Shown here piece after piece: positions 63,169 to 64,000 of a DNA stretch of 64,000 nt. This stretch comes from a virus. The stretch covers positions 4,739 through 68,738 of IMG/VR virus record IMGVR_UViG_3300036795_000115. One strand, given 5' to 3'. The notes beneath the pieces are model-generated. The model saw nothing but the letters and a program-made list of their open reading frames with translations. It did not search any database and was not told the DNA's origin. The first letter of the stretch is position 1, and every line of letters begins with the position of its first letter. The position numbers and the translations under genes are program-made.

Positions 63169-63705
63169 GTGTTTGAAGTGAAGAACGAAGTTCCGCAGTG
63201 GCAACGGGTCTACGACCTGATCGTCGCAGCGGAGATTGATCAGGTCATCAGCTACGACGAGTTCGACGCAGCTCTCGGTCTCAACTTCCGCGCGTACTCG
63301 CGCCCCGGCCTGGACAAGGCCACGAAGGCGCTCGAGCACAACAACCGCCGCACCGTTGAGGTAGTCCGCAACAAGGGCTACCGAGTGGTACGAGCTGAGG
63401 AACACGAACGGCTCGCCCGAAAGCACCAGCTCAAGGGACTGCGCCAGACAAAGCGGTCCATGCGCAAGGTTCGCTCGGCGGACCGCTCGCAGCTGTCCTC
63501 TACGGACGGTCAGCGCCTGGACGCCATGGAGGTCCACTACGGGCAGCTTGCCGCCGCTCAGCGCCGTAACGCCACTCGCATCGAAGAGGTGGACAGCGCC
63601 CGCAAGGCGGACAAGCGCGACACCAGTGAAGAGCTGGCGATGCTGGCTAGCCAGCTGGAGCGTCTGCAGGCCCGGATCGAGAAGCGGGACCGGAGCGCGA
63701 CCTAG
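63169..63705 (+). CDS. wHTH/coiled-coil protein downstream of the repeat locus
   Basis: GGAGG RBS then GTG; VISYDEF..ALG...VRNKGYRVV wing. Confidence 0.7.
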   Translation: MFEVKNEVPQWQRVYDLIVAAEIDQVISYDEFDAALGLNFRAYSRPGLDKATKALEHNNRRTVEVVRNKGYRVVRAEEHERLARKHQLKGLRQTKRSMRKVRSADRSQLSSTDGQRLDAMEVHYGQLAAAQRRNATRIEEVDSARKADKRDTSEELAMLASQLERLQARIEKRDRSAT

Positions 63706-63721
63706 ATCAAAGAAACGAAGA

Positions 63722-63754
63722 GGCGCCCCTCTGCCGGCAAGCGTTCGGGGCGCC
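63722..63754 (+). terminator. stem-loop
   Basis: GGCGCCCC...GGGGCGCC. Confidence 0.5.
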
Positions 63755-63802
63755 CCATTCCTCGGTAACGAATCAGAACCAGGAAAGGGTACGGACTCGC
63801 TA

Positions 63803-63991
63803 ATGGCTACCCTAACGGCCCAGTCACCGAAAGTTCTACGGTTGGTGACGCGAATCGCCCAGATGGTGTCGCACGGTCACCACCGGTCAACCCACAGCCG
63901 TCACGGTGGCTCCGTGGGCACAGGCCACACCATTCTCATCGCCCGTTCAGCCCAGCGGCACGGCGGCAAGCACCGGGCGGTGCAGGCATGA
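63803..63991 (+). CDS. small His-rich protein
   Basis: ATG start; ends GKHRAVQA with an ATGA overlap. Confidence 0.45.
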   Translation: MATLTAQSPKVLRLVTRIAQMVSHGHHRSTHSRHGGSVGTGHTILIARSAQRHGGKHRAVQA

Positions 63992-64000
63992 CCCGACCCC

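Noticed and set aside
62887-63181. ORFs spanning the pentamer arrays (62915-63181, 62964-63176, the 5' part of 62977-63705 and reverse-strand ORFs)
   Set aside because: They are low-complexity AWHG/ARPG translations produced by the 5-nt repeats; the downstream gene has its own RBS and GTG at 63169.

Overview
This window looks like nearly the whole genome of a GC-rich temperate actinobacterial siphovirus, apparently circularly permuted. No host genes are visible. The order is: (1) rightward early/replication genes (1-10.9 kb) with a LuxR HTH, PD-(D/E)XK exonuclease, primase-polymerase, helicase with adjacent iterons, Holliday junction resolvase and putative late regulator; (2) a leftward accessory block (11.2-15.9 kb) with Ku, an orphan RuvB and two tRNA-Gln, where several genes have leaderless SigA-type promoters and an HNH gene is nested on the + strand; (3) a palindromic-repeat region that may be the packaging site, then HK97-type head and tail genes (16.5-37 kb) including a -1 frameshifted tail chaperone; (4) an unusual lysis/surface block with a class F sortase and candidate substrate, an S53 protease and an amidase-holin fusion; (5) a second fibre module with Ala/Thr repeats and a PL7 lyase domain; (6) leftward small mosaic genes and a second, orphan terminase pair; (7) serine integrase, repressor and Cro. 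The strongest novel-system candidate is at 62.1-63.7 kb: a RAMP/Cas7-like gene with four phased (GGY-NN)n pentamer arrays (one upstream, three downstream). The downstream arrays are separated by two identically built tRNA-like (acceptor stem plus T-arm) elements, which suggests an RNA-guided module with a non-contiguous guide code. The second major oddity is that the portal-linked TerL has lost all three expected nuclease aspartates, while a second, motif-intact TerL sits about 36 kb away on the other strand. All family calls come from recognising motifs by eye; no searches were run.
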